Assembly (NCBI GenBank): GCA_050012475.1
Contig: JBEKHC010000117.1
Span: forward strand, 1-14,121
Direction of reading: 5' to 3'
DNA length: 14,121 nt
Origin: Candidatus Velthaea sp.
GTDB lineage: Bacteria > Vulcanimicrobiota > Vulcanimicrobiia > Vulcanimicrobiales > Vulcanimicrobiaceae
Below are positions 7,103-14,121 of this stretch, piece by piece (position 1 is the stretch's first letter; the number at the start of each line of letters is the position of its first letter). Under the pieces are notes generated by a model. That model was not told the DNA's origin. It ran no database searches and worked only from the letters and a program-made list of their open reading frames with translations. The position numbers and the translations under genes were made by a program.

Positions 7103-8502
7103 TGGCGACCGAATCGCAGCTGCAGTGGGGCGGCCGCTTCGCGGCGGCCCCCGACGCGGCGCTGTTGGCGTTCGGATCGTCGCTGGGCGACGATCTCGTG
7201 TTGGCCGCGTTCGACGTGCGCTGCTCGCGCGGTCACGTCGCTGCGCTGCACGGCGGCAAACTGCTTTCCGATGCCGACGCCGCGGCGCTGCGCGCGGCGC
7301 TCGATACCGTCGCCGCGGACATCGCCAACGGCACGTTCGAGGCATTTGCGCGCGCGGGCACCTTCGAGGACGTCCACGGCGCGATCGATGCACGCGTCCG
7401 CGAACTCGCGCCGGCCGCGGGCGAATCGCTGCACGCCGGCCGCAGCCGCAACGATCAGGTCGCGACCACGCTGCTGCTGTACGCCGCCGACCGCGCGCAG
7501 CGGGGCCGTGAGGTTTGTGCGGCGATTGCCGGCGCGGTCGAAGATCGCGCGTCCGCCGCGCTGCGCAGCGGTGCGCTGCTTGCCGCAACCACGCATTGGC
7601 AGCCCGCTCAGCCGGTGCTGTTGGCATTTTGGCTCGACGCCTGCGCGCAGGCATTCGTCCGCGCAGCACGGCGGTTTGCCGATGTCGAACGCGCGGCGCG
7701 CGAAACGTGTCCTTTGGGTTCCGGTGCGGTGGCCGGTTCGTCGCTGCCGCTCGACCGCTGGGCGGCCGCGCGTGAATTGGGCTTCGCCCGGCCATCGCGC
7801 AACGCGCTCGACACCATCGGCGATCGCGATGTCGCACTGGACCTGCTGCACGCCGCTGCGCGCGCGGCGATCGCGGCGTCACGCCCGAGCGAAGAATTCG
7901 TGATCTGGTCGACGCCCGCGTTCGGCTACGCACGGTTGGGCGACGCCGCCGCGACCGGCTCGAGTTTGATGCCCCAAAAGCGCAATCCCGATCCGTTCGA
8001 GTTGGTGCGGGCGTCCGCGGCGCACATCGCCGCAACCTACACCGGCGCGCTGGCGACGACGACGGGGATCGCGCTCTCCTATCACCGCGATCTGCAGGAA
8101 ACCAAAGCACTGGTCATTCGCGGCACCGAACGCGCACTGGCGACCCTCGACACGTTCGCGCGCGCGTTCGCAGAACTGGCGTTCAACGAAAGCGCGATGA
8201 GCGCGCGGGCTGCCGACGGCTACACCGTCGCCACCGATTTAGCCGACGCCGTGATCGCGAGCGGTAAGACCGCGCGCGCCGCGCACCGCGCCGTCGGCGA
8301 ACGCGTGCTGCGAGCCGAGGTCGAAGGCCGGCCGCTCGACGCGAGCGATACGCTCGCGCTGGGCGTGCCGGAGGCGCCCGTCGACGCACGCGGATCGATT
8401 GACGGCAAACGGACCGCAGGTTCGACCGGTCCCGCCGCGGTCGCCGAATCGATCGCCCAAACCATCAGCGAGATCGCACGCTTGAAGGAGCCGGCTGTAT
8501 GA
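7102..8502 (+). CDS. argH: Argininosuccinate lyase
   Basis: WGGRF N-terminus, EDVH, LHAGRSRNDQVAT, PLGSGAVAG, the fumarase/lyase signature GSSLMPQKRNPD and SYHRDLQE. GTG 7102 chosen as start. Confidence 0.96.
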   Translation: MATESQLQWGGRFAAAPDAALLAFGSSLGDDLVLAAFDVRCSRGHVAALHGGKLLSDADAAALRAALDTVAADIANGTFEAFARAGTFEDVHGAIDARVRELAPAAGESLHAGRSRNDQVATTLLLYAADRAQRGREVCAAIAGAVEDRASAALRSGALLAATTHWQPAQPVLLAFWLDACAQAFVRAARRFADVERAARETCPLGSGAVAGSSLPLDRWAAARELGFARPSRNALDTIGDRDVALDLLHAAARAAIAASRPSEEFVIWSTPAFGYARLGDAAATGSSLMPQKRNPDPFELVRASAAHIAATYTGALATTTGIALSYHRDLQETKALVIRGTERALATLDTFARAFAELAFNESAMSARAADGYTVATDLADAVIASGKTARAAHRAVGERVLRAEVEGRPLDASDTLALGVPEAPVDARGSIDGKRTAGSTGPAAVAESIAQTISEIARLKEPAV

Positions 8503-9482
8503 CCACGGTTCACATCGTCGGCGCCAGCGGCTACGCATCGGCCGAACTCATCCGCTTGCTCGACGCGCACCCCGACGTCCACATTGCGACGCTGGAAAGC
8601 CGCAGTTCGCCGGGCGCGCGGGTGTGCGATCTGTTCGCCTCACTTCCACGGATCACGCAGAGCTGCGATCCCGAAGGCACGGCGCTCGCGCGCGCCGGCG
8701 CCGACGACGTGGTGTTCTTAGCCGGCAATCACGAACTGGCGCACGCGCAAACGCCCGGCCTGCTCGCGCGCGGCGCCCGCGTCATCGATCTCTCCGATGC
8801 CTACCGGCTGACCGGCAAAACAGACGGTGCCGTCTATGGATTGCCCGAACGCTACCGCGCTGCCATCGCCAACGCGCGGTTCGTCGCCAATCCGGGCTGC
8901 TACGTTACGGCCTCGCTGTTGGCGCTCGTTCCGCTCGGACAATTCGCCGAACGCATCGCCAGCGTCGTCATCGATGCGAAAAGCGGGATCACCGGAGCCG
9001 GCCGCACGCCGCGCGTCGAATCGCTGTTCGCCGAAGCCGACGGCGACGTGCGCTCGTACGGCTTGAACGGACACCGGCACGGACAAGAGATCGTTCAGGA
9101 AGCCGCCGCGGTGGGGATCACCGCGCCGCTGATCTTTTCCCCGCACGTCGTTCCGCTGCGCCGCGGGATCATCGCGGACGTGTACCTCGTTCCGGCAGCA
9201 CCGCTGGACCGTGACGAGATTCTCGGCGCGCTCACCCGGTACTATGCGGCCAGTCCGTTCGTGACCGTCTTCACCGATGCGCGCGTTCCCCATCTGCCGG
9301 CGCTCGAAAAAACCAACGACGCGCAGCTCGCGGTGGCGCAGCGCAGCGGGATCGTTCACATCGTCTGCGGTCTCGACAATCTGGGCAAAGGTGCTGCCGG
9401 TCAGGCCGTCCAGAATATGAACATCATGCTCGGACTTCCGGAGGAACGCGGACTTGCCGCTCGCAGCATTGCCGTCAGTTGA
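8499..9482 (+). CDS. argC: N-acetyl-gamma-glutamyl-phosphate reductase
   Basis: IVGASGY, VIDLSDAYRL, AVYGLPE, VANPGCY, DAKSGITGAGR and DNLGKGAAGQAVQNMN; ATGA overlap with argH. Confidence 0.97.
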   Translation: MTTVHIVGASGYASAELIRLLDAHPDVHIATLESRSSPGARVCDLFASLPRITQSCDPEGTALARAGADDVVFLAGNHELAHAQTPGLLARGARVIDLSDAYRLTGKTDGAVYGLPERYRAAIANARFVANPGCYVTASLLALVPLGQFAERIASVVIDAKSGITGAGRTPRVESLFAEADGDVRSYGLNGHRHGQEIVQEAAAVGITAPLIFSPHVVPLRRGIIADVYLVPAAPLDRDEILGALTRYYAASPFVTVFTDARVPHLPALEKTNDAQLAVAQRSGIVHIVCGLDNLGKGAAGQAVQNMNIMLGLPEERGLAARSIAVS

Positions 9483-10680
9483 CGCCGTCCGCCTGATCGC
9501 GGTCCGCGGCGGACTCGGCGCCGTCCCCGGGGTCAAGATGGCCGGCGTTCACGCCGGGATCAAGAAACGCAAAAGCGATCTCGCGCTCATCGCACTGGGC
9601 GGACCGCACGTCTGCGCCCAAGTCATCACCACCAACGACATCAAGGCGGCGCCGCTGCTCGTGAGCGGCTCACACCTCGATTTCGACGGTGAAGCGATGG
9701 CTGCGATCGTCGTCAACTCGGGCTGCGCGAACGCCTGCACGGGCGAGCGCGGCATGCGCGACACGCGCGCCGCGGCGCGCCAAGCCGCGACGCTGCTCAA
9801 GCTGCGGCCGACGCAAATCATCGTCGCCTCGACCGGGGTGATCGGCGTGTACTTGCCGATGGACCGCTTGTCCAAAGGCATCGAGCGCGCGCACAAAGAG
9901 TTGGCCGAAGGCCACGAAGCGTCGTATGCCGCGGCCGAAGCAATCATGACGACCGATCATTTGCCGAAACTCGCGTCATACGCTTGGCACGACAACGGCA
10001 AGCGCTACGTGGTCGGCGGGATCGCCAAAGGCTCGGGGATGATCGCACCCAACTTGGCCACGATGCTGTCGTTCGTCGCCACCGACGCACCGATGTCGCG
10101 CGCCGCTTTAGGCGAAGCCCTGAGCGCGGCGGTCGAAACCACCTTCAACATGATCTCCGTCGACGGCGACATGTCGACCAACGACGCAGTCTATGCCTTC
10201 GCCAAGCCGAGCAAAGGCGATGCGCCGGCCGGCTTTCGCGATGCGCTCACCGCGGTCTGCCGCGATCTCGCCGTCGCGATGGTGCGCGACGGCGAAGGTG
10301 CTTCCAAGACGCTGGTTCTCAACGTTACCGGCGCGCGTGACGAAACGCAGGCGCGCGCGGTGGTGCGCGCGGTCATCAACAGTTCGCTGGTCAAGACCGC
10401 GCTGTACGGGGAAGACCCCAACTGGGGCCGCGTCATCGCGGCGGCCGGTGCGGCGCGCGTCAACATCGACCCCGAAACCTGGGAGCTGTTTTTGGGCGGC
10501 CAATCGTGGGTCGAACGCGGCGCGATCGAAGCCCTCAGCGAAGCCGAAGCCCACACGCTGCTCGAAGAGACGACGATCGAGATCCGCCTCGACCTCGGGC
10601 AAGGCGCCGCGAGCGCGACGGGCTGGGGCTGCGATCTGAGCAGCGATTACGTCCGCATCAACGCGCACTACCGAACCTGA
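9454..10680 (+). CDS. argJ: Ornithine acetyltransferase / glutamate N-acetyltransferase
   Basis: VNSGCANACTG, ASTGVIG, IMTTD, KGSGMIAPNLATML (autocleavage Thr), DGDMSTND, DGEGASK and DPNWGR. TTG start with GGAGG 9 nt upstream. Confidence 0.97.
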   Translation: MPLAALPSVDAVRLIAVRGGLGAVPGVKMAGVHAGIKKRKSDLALIALGGPHVCAQVITTNDIKAAPLLVSGSHLDFDGEAMAAIVVNSGCANACTGERGMRDTRAAARQAATLLKLRPTQIIVASTGVIGVYLPMDRLSKGIERAHKELAEGHEASYAAAEAIMTTDHLPKLASYAWHDNGKRYVVGGIAKGSGMIAPNLATMLSFVATDAPMSRAALGEALSAAVETTFNMISVDGDMSTNDAVYAFAKPSKGDAPAGFRDALTAVCRDLAVAMVRDGEGASKTLVLNVTGARDETQARAVVRAVINSSLVKTALYGEDPNWGRVIAAAGAARVNIDPETWELFLGGQSWVERGAIEALSEAEAHTLLEETTIEIRLDLGQGAASATGWGCDLSSDYVRINAHYRT

Positions 10681-10771
10681 CCCCCGCGGTTTCGCGGCAA
10701 CGATCTCCCGAGCGACGTCGCGCATCGCGCGGTGCCGCTTCCCGATCCGCAACGTTCGCGTGAAGGTATCC

Positions 10772-12010
10772 ATGACAATGACGACATCGATCAACAACGG
10801 CCCACGGCTGGTAACCCGGCATCCGCACCTGCTCGCGAACTACGCGCGCGCGGAGATCAACTTCGTTCGCGGCGAAGGCGCGTATCTGTTCGATGAATCG
10901 GGAAACCGCTACCTCGACCTCGTCGCCGGCATCGCGGTTTGCGCCCTGGGCCACGCGCATCCGCAGATCACCCGCGCGATCGCCGACCAAGCCGCGAAGC
11001 TCGTGCACGTCAGCAATCTCTACCATCACGAACCGGCCGGCACGTTAGCCGACAAACTCGCCGAGCTCACCGGCTTCGACTCGGTCTTCTTCTGCAATTC
11101 GGGTGCCGAGGCGAACGAAGCGGCGATCAAACTTGCGCGCAAACACGCCTTCCGCAAAGGCGACCCCAACCGCACGACGATTCTCGCCGCCCACGGATCG
11201 TTTCACGGCCGGACCTTTGGCGCGCTCGCGGCCACCGACAATCCGAAATACAAAGAAGGTTTCGAGCCGCTCCCGCTCGGCTTCGCGTTTACCCCGTTCA
11301 ACGATATCGACGCGCTCGATCGCGCAATCGACGAAACGACGGCGTGTTTTCTAGTCGAACCCGTGCAGGGCGAAAGCGGCGTGATGCCCGCGACCCGCGA
11401 GTTCTTGCAAGCCGCGCGCCGGATCTGCGACGAACGCGGCGCGTTGTTGATTTTCGATGAAGTGCAGTGCGGAATGGGACGTCTCGGCAAACTGTTGGCC
11501 TCACAGTTCTTCGGCGTAGCTCCCGACGCGTTCACGTTGGCGAAAGCGCTCGCCAACGGCTTGCCGATCGGCGCGCTCGTGATCCGCGGCGATGCTGCGA
11601 CGGCGTTGCGGCCGGGCGATCACGGCACGACCTTCGGCGGTTCGCCGGTGCCGGCCGCCGCGGCCCTCGAACATCTGCGCATCCGCGATTCGATCGACCT
11701 CGACGCCCACGTCACCCGCGTCGGAGCATTGCTCGACACCGAGTTGAGCGCGATTGCCCAGGCGTGGCCCGACGTCTTCATGCCGCCGCGCGGTCACGGT
11801 TTGATGCGCGGGCTGCCGGTGCGCGAACCGCAGACGGCGGCTGCCTTCGTGGGGCCGGCCCTCGACGAAGGTTTGGTCATCAACGCAGCCGGCCGCAACA
11901 CGCTGCGCTTCATCCCCGCGCTCATCATCACCGAGGCCGAATTGAGCGAAGCGATGCTGCGCCTGCGCCGAGCGATCGCGCGCGTGATGAACGGCCCAAA
12001 CGGGGCCTGA
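10772..12010 (+). CDS. argD: Acetylornithine aminotransferase (class III PLP enzyme)
   Basis: YLDLVAGIAVCALGHAHP, FCNSGAEANEAAIKLAR, SFHGRT, EPVQGESG, FDEVQCGMGR, TLAKALANGLPIG and HGTTFGG. Start ATG 10772 or 10778 after GAAGGT. Confidence 0.96.
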   Translation: MTMTTSINNGPRLVTRHPHLLANYARAEINFVRGEGAYLFDESGNRYLDLVAGIAVCALGHAHPQITRAIADQAAKLVHVSNLYHHEPAGTLADKLAELTGFDSVFFCNSGAEANEAAIKLARKHAFRKGDPNRTTILAAHGSFHGRTFGALAATDNPKYKEGFEPLPLGFAFTPFNDIDALDRAIDETTACFLVEPVQGESGVMPATREFLQAARRICDERGALLIFDEVQCGMGRLGKLLASQFFGVAPDAFTLAKALANGLPIGALVIRGDAATALRPGDHGTTFGGSPVPAAAALEHLRIRDSIDLDAHVTRVGALLDTELSAIAQAWPDVFMPPRGHGLMRGLPVREPQTAAAFVGPALDEGLVINAAGRNTLRFIPALIITEAELSEAMLRLRRAIARVMNGPNGA

Positions 12011-12068
12011 CGAGCGGGTCACCGCGACCTGGGCGAAAGGAGCGCGGCGTAGCCGGCGCGGGTCCTAC
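12011..12068 (-). repeat. Short or degenerate structured repeat, copy E, between convergent genes
   Basis: Minus strand: GTAGGA-ccc-GCG(C)CGGC-TAC-GCCGCGC-TCC-TTTCGC-cca-GGTC..GACC. Begins at the TAG stop of the 12065-12415 ORF with the same hairpin-TCC-TT..-hairpin layout. Confidence 0.4.
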
Positions 12069-12415
12069 CGTCCGCATGCGGCCCGCTCTCGGCTGAGCAG
12101 TTCCGCCGGCGAAAGATCGAGGCTCGAGCTCCCTGCTGTACCAGCCACCGAGGAGCCGCACGGAACGAACAGCACTTGACGTTCCGGCTGGACCTGCGCG
12201 GCCGGGAACAACGTGATGCGCAAGAGCGCCGTCCCGTTCCCGTGGCGGCCGGAGAGCGCTATGCCGAGAACGACGACGGCCAGTGCGATCGCCCGCAGAA
12301 CGAACGCCCGCGCCGGCGGGACGGGAGCACCGGCTTCGAGCGACGGATAGGTTTGCGGCTGCGCGACCGCACCCAACTGATGGGGCGAACGCGGTCCGCG
12401 GTCGTGGTGTTGCAT
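12065..12415 (-). CDS. Hypothetical small protein with one hydrophobic segment (116 aa)
   Basis: ATG 12415 preceded by purine-rich GGAGAGGGA; hydrophobic stretch AFVLRAIALAVVVLGIALS. No family recognised. Confidence 0.5.
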   Translation of the reverse strand: MQHHDRGPRSPHQLGAVAQPQTYPSLEAGAPVPPARAFVLRAIALAVVVLGIALSGRHGNGTALLRITLFPAAQVQPERQVLFVPCGSSVAGTAGSSSLDLSPAELLSRERAACGR

Positions 12416-12515
12416 CGTTGATCCCTCTCCGGCGCTTCGTGGATGGTGCTCTCTCGCTGCTCGCGTGAATCCGGGACGCGAGAAATGAGGTGCTTTCCGC
12501 ACCACCAAGGACGAT

Positions 12516-12740
12516 GGCACGACGTGCTTGGATCACTGGGCCACACGCAGGCGCGATCGGTGTCACCCGCGCGCCGGGCGCGCCGCATCGACGACGAGTT
12601 GCGCGCGATTCCCCCGGGCGTGACCCGACATCGCCGTCGGCGGCCGCCACAACAGGCTGCGCTTCATCCCCGCCTCATCACGGGCGCAGCCGAACGGAAC
12701 GAAGCGATGACGCGCCTGCGGCGGACGATCGCGGCCGTTC
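12516..12740 (+). pseudogene. Decayed duplicate of the argD 3' region
   Basis: Collinear matches to argD: GTCACCCGCG (12562 vs 11711), CGAGTTG(c/a)GCGCGATT, an exact 18-mer GCTGCGCTTCATCCCCGC (12656-12673 vs 11902-11919) and CGAAGCGATG..GCGCCTGCG; contains indels and an internal deletion. Confidence 0.85.
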
Positions 12741-12765
12741 GGCCAGTTAACGGTCGCGCAAAGCG

Positions 12766-13212
12766 CTAGGCGGCGCCGATCCGCAAGACGACCGCGGCGA
12801 GAAGGACGAGCCCGTACCCGGACAGCAACGCCGTCCGGACCCAGTGCGCGGTCTTCAAACGCGCGAAGGCCGGTGAGCTCGTATCGTGCAATCGCGCCTG
12901 CTGCGGACCGTACCAAAAAGCCGTCAGCAGGTAGACGACGATCTCCATCGCAATGCCGGCGCCGATCAGCGCGACGGGCACGGCTGCGGGGCGGGCGAAC
13001 AGGAGGCCGATGCCGCCCGCAAATGCCAGGGTGCCCGGAACGAGGATCGGGATTTTGATGCCGTCCCACCATCGCTGATGATACGCCGCGAACTCATTGC
13101 GGCCCACGAAACCAAAGAGCGGCCAAGCCACGAGTTGAACCAGCCAGACGCAACCCACACCGTACCAAGCCAATGCGAGCGTCCATAGCAGCAACCAATC
13201 CGCAAAGCGCAT
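12766..13212 (-). CDS. Predicted 4-TM membrane protein (possibly DUF1772/anthrone oxygenase-like)
   Basis: 148 aa from ATG 13212 with four hydrophobic segments, and the patterns VQLVAWPLF..VG..EF..YH and WVRTAL. Family assignment is from memory of the pattern only. Confidence 0.75.
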   Translation of the reverse strand: MRFADWLLLWTLALAWYGVGCVWLVQLVAWPLFGFVGRNEFAAYHQRWWDGIKIPILVPGTLAFAGGIGLLFARPAAVPVALIGAGIAMEIVVYLLTAFWYGPQQARLHDTSSPAFARLKTAHWVRTALLSGYGLVLLAAVVLRIGAA

Positions 13213-13250
13213 CGCCGACAAGCCCCCGAGACGATCCGGCACAAATGCAG

Positions 13251-13275
13251 AATTATCTTTACCATGGAGATATTT
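13251..13275. promoter_or_regulatory. Putative MarR operator palindrome
   Basis: AATTATCT-TTACCATGG-AGATATTT (TATCT-N9-AGATA), AT-rich, in the 65-bp gap between the divergent membrane gene and the MarR gene. Confidence 0.65.
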
Positions 13276-13277
13276 GA

Positions 13278-13742
13278 TTGTCAAGAGAAACGAAGGGCCG
13301 CTTGATCGAGCGGATCTTGGCCTTGTTGCGCGCGACCGATGCGGACATGGACCGGATCGAAGAGGCGGCCGCGGCGCGGCTGGGCGTGCATCGCACCGAC
13401 TTTCGCTGTCTTGACATCTTGTCGCGTGGCACGGCACTGACCGCCGGTGCCCTCGCTGCGGCGGCAGGTTTGAGCACCGGTGCCGTAACCGCGTTACTCG
13501 ATCGCCTCGAACGCGCCGGTTACGTTCGCCGGGGACGCGATCCGGAAGATCGCCGGCGCGTCGTCATCGAAGTGACGAGCGCCGCGACCGAAGAGGTCTG
13601 GCCGGTGTTCGCGCGCCTCGTCGCTTCGTCGAACGCGATGTTGCGCGACTTCAGCCGCGAAGAACTTGAAACCATCCTGCGCTTTTCCGAACGCCAGGCA
13701 GAGCTCATCAAGCAGCACGCGCAAACCATCACCCGGCGATAG
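13278..13742 (+). CDS. MarR-family transcriptional regulator
   Basis: LGVHRTDFRCLDIL...LTAGALAAAAGLSTGAVTALLDRLERAGYVRRGRDPEDRRRVVI winged HTH; TTG start with GGAG 8 nt upstream. Confidence 0.95.
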   Translation: MSRETKGRLIERILALLRATDADMDRIEEAAAARLGVHRTDFRCLDILSRGTALTAGALAAAAGLSTGAVTALLDRLERAGYVRRGRDPEDRRRVVIEVTSAATEEVWPVFARLVASSNAMLRDFSREELETILRFSERQAELIKQHAQTITRR

Positions 13743-13895
13743 CGCATGAACCCGCGGCAGATTTCCAACCGATAAGCGCTCTCCCCTTAGAGGTCCGACC
13801 GAGCAAAAGACATGCGAAGGTGTGCGGACGCGCATAGGCTCACAATCGTGCACCCGTGCTCCCGAGTATGGTCTTGCGAGCGCTCTGTCCGCGGT

Positions 13896-13921
13896 GTTTC
13901 TTGGCCGGGGATGGCGGGTAC
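13896..13921 (+). promoter_or_regulatory. SigB/SigF-type promoter motif GTTT-N16-GGGTAC
   Basis: GTTT at 13896-13899 and GGGTAC at 13916-13921, 30 nt upstream of the MFS start codon. Confidence 0.55.
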
Positions 13922-13951
13922 GCAAGCCTGCAGTTTCGAGGAGTTCCGCGA

Positions 13952-14121
13952 ATGCAGCAGCCCCGGCGATTATTAGCGGCGCGATTTTCCGAAATCGACG
14001 ACTCTCGCATCAGCCCCGAGCAGTGGCGCATCGTGATGATCTCGGGGATGGGGTTTTTCACCGACGCTTACGACCTGTTCATCATCGGCGTTGTGCTCAA
14101 GGTGCTTCACGGGCCGTGGCA
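13952..14121 (+). CDS. MFS transporter, phosphate:H+ symporter-like, N-terminal part (runs off the right edge)
   Basis: Not in the ORF track; translated by hand: MQQPRRLLAARFSEIDDSRISPEQWRIVMISGMGFFTDAYDLFIIGVVLKVLHGPW. GMGFFTDAYDLF is the TM1 motif of Pho84/PHT1-type transporters; GAGGAG RBS at 13938-13943. Confidence 0.88.
   Translation, partial: MQQPRRLLAARFSEIDDSRISPEQWRIVMISGMGFFTDAYDLFIIGVVLKVLHGPW

Noticed and set aside
10681..10771. argJ-argD spacer as a relic of argB in its canonical position (GCGCATCGC and nearby matches to argB 1175-1235)
   Set aside because: The alignment needs about six gaps in 55 nt of CG-rich sequence and cannot be told from chance by eye; it needs a shuffled-alignment test.
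12443..12769. 108-aa and 86-aa + strand ORFs
   Set aside because: Better explained as read-through of the decayed argD duplicate.

Overview
GC-rich bacterial chromosome segment. Its core is an arginine biosynthesis operon on the + strand (argF-argR-argG-argH-argC-argJ-argD, 4195-12010), headed by two tandem ARG boxes that overlap a sigma70-type promoter. argB lies outside the operon, about 2.8 kb upstream on the - strand. Left flank: 5' end of ppdK, a ChaB/Rho_N-type gene, a Phd/YefM antitoxin followed by a decayed PIN-toxin stub, a HAD hydrolase and a broken SpoIIE/RsbU-type phosphatase. Right flank: a small membrane ORF, a decayed second copy of the argD 3' end, a divergent membrane protein/MarR pair and the start of a Pho84-like MFS transporter. 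The most notable signal not explained by the ORF track is a family of about 90-130 bp multi-hairpin intergenic elements: 4 well-supported copies and up to 3 degenerate ones, bounded by (C/G)TAG-like motifs and often starting at TAG stop codons, with conserved linkers but different stem sequences. One copy splits the argG/argH junction between GTCTAG direct repeats and carries a 42-codon ORF bridging the two genes. Three SigB/SigF-type promoter motifs are also visible, one with no recognisable gene behind it. All assignments come from reading motifs by eye; no searches were run.
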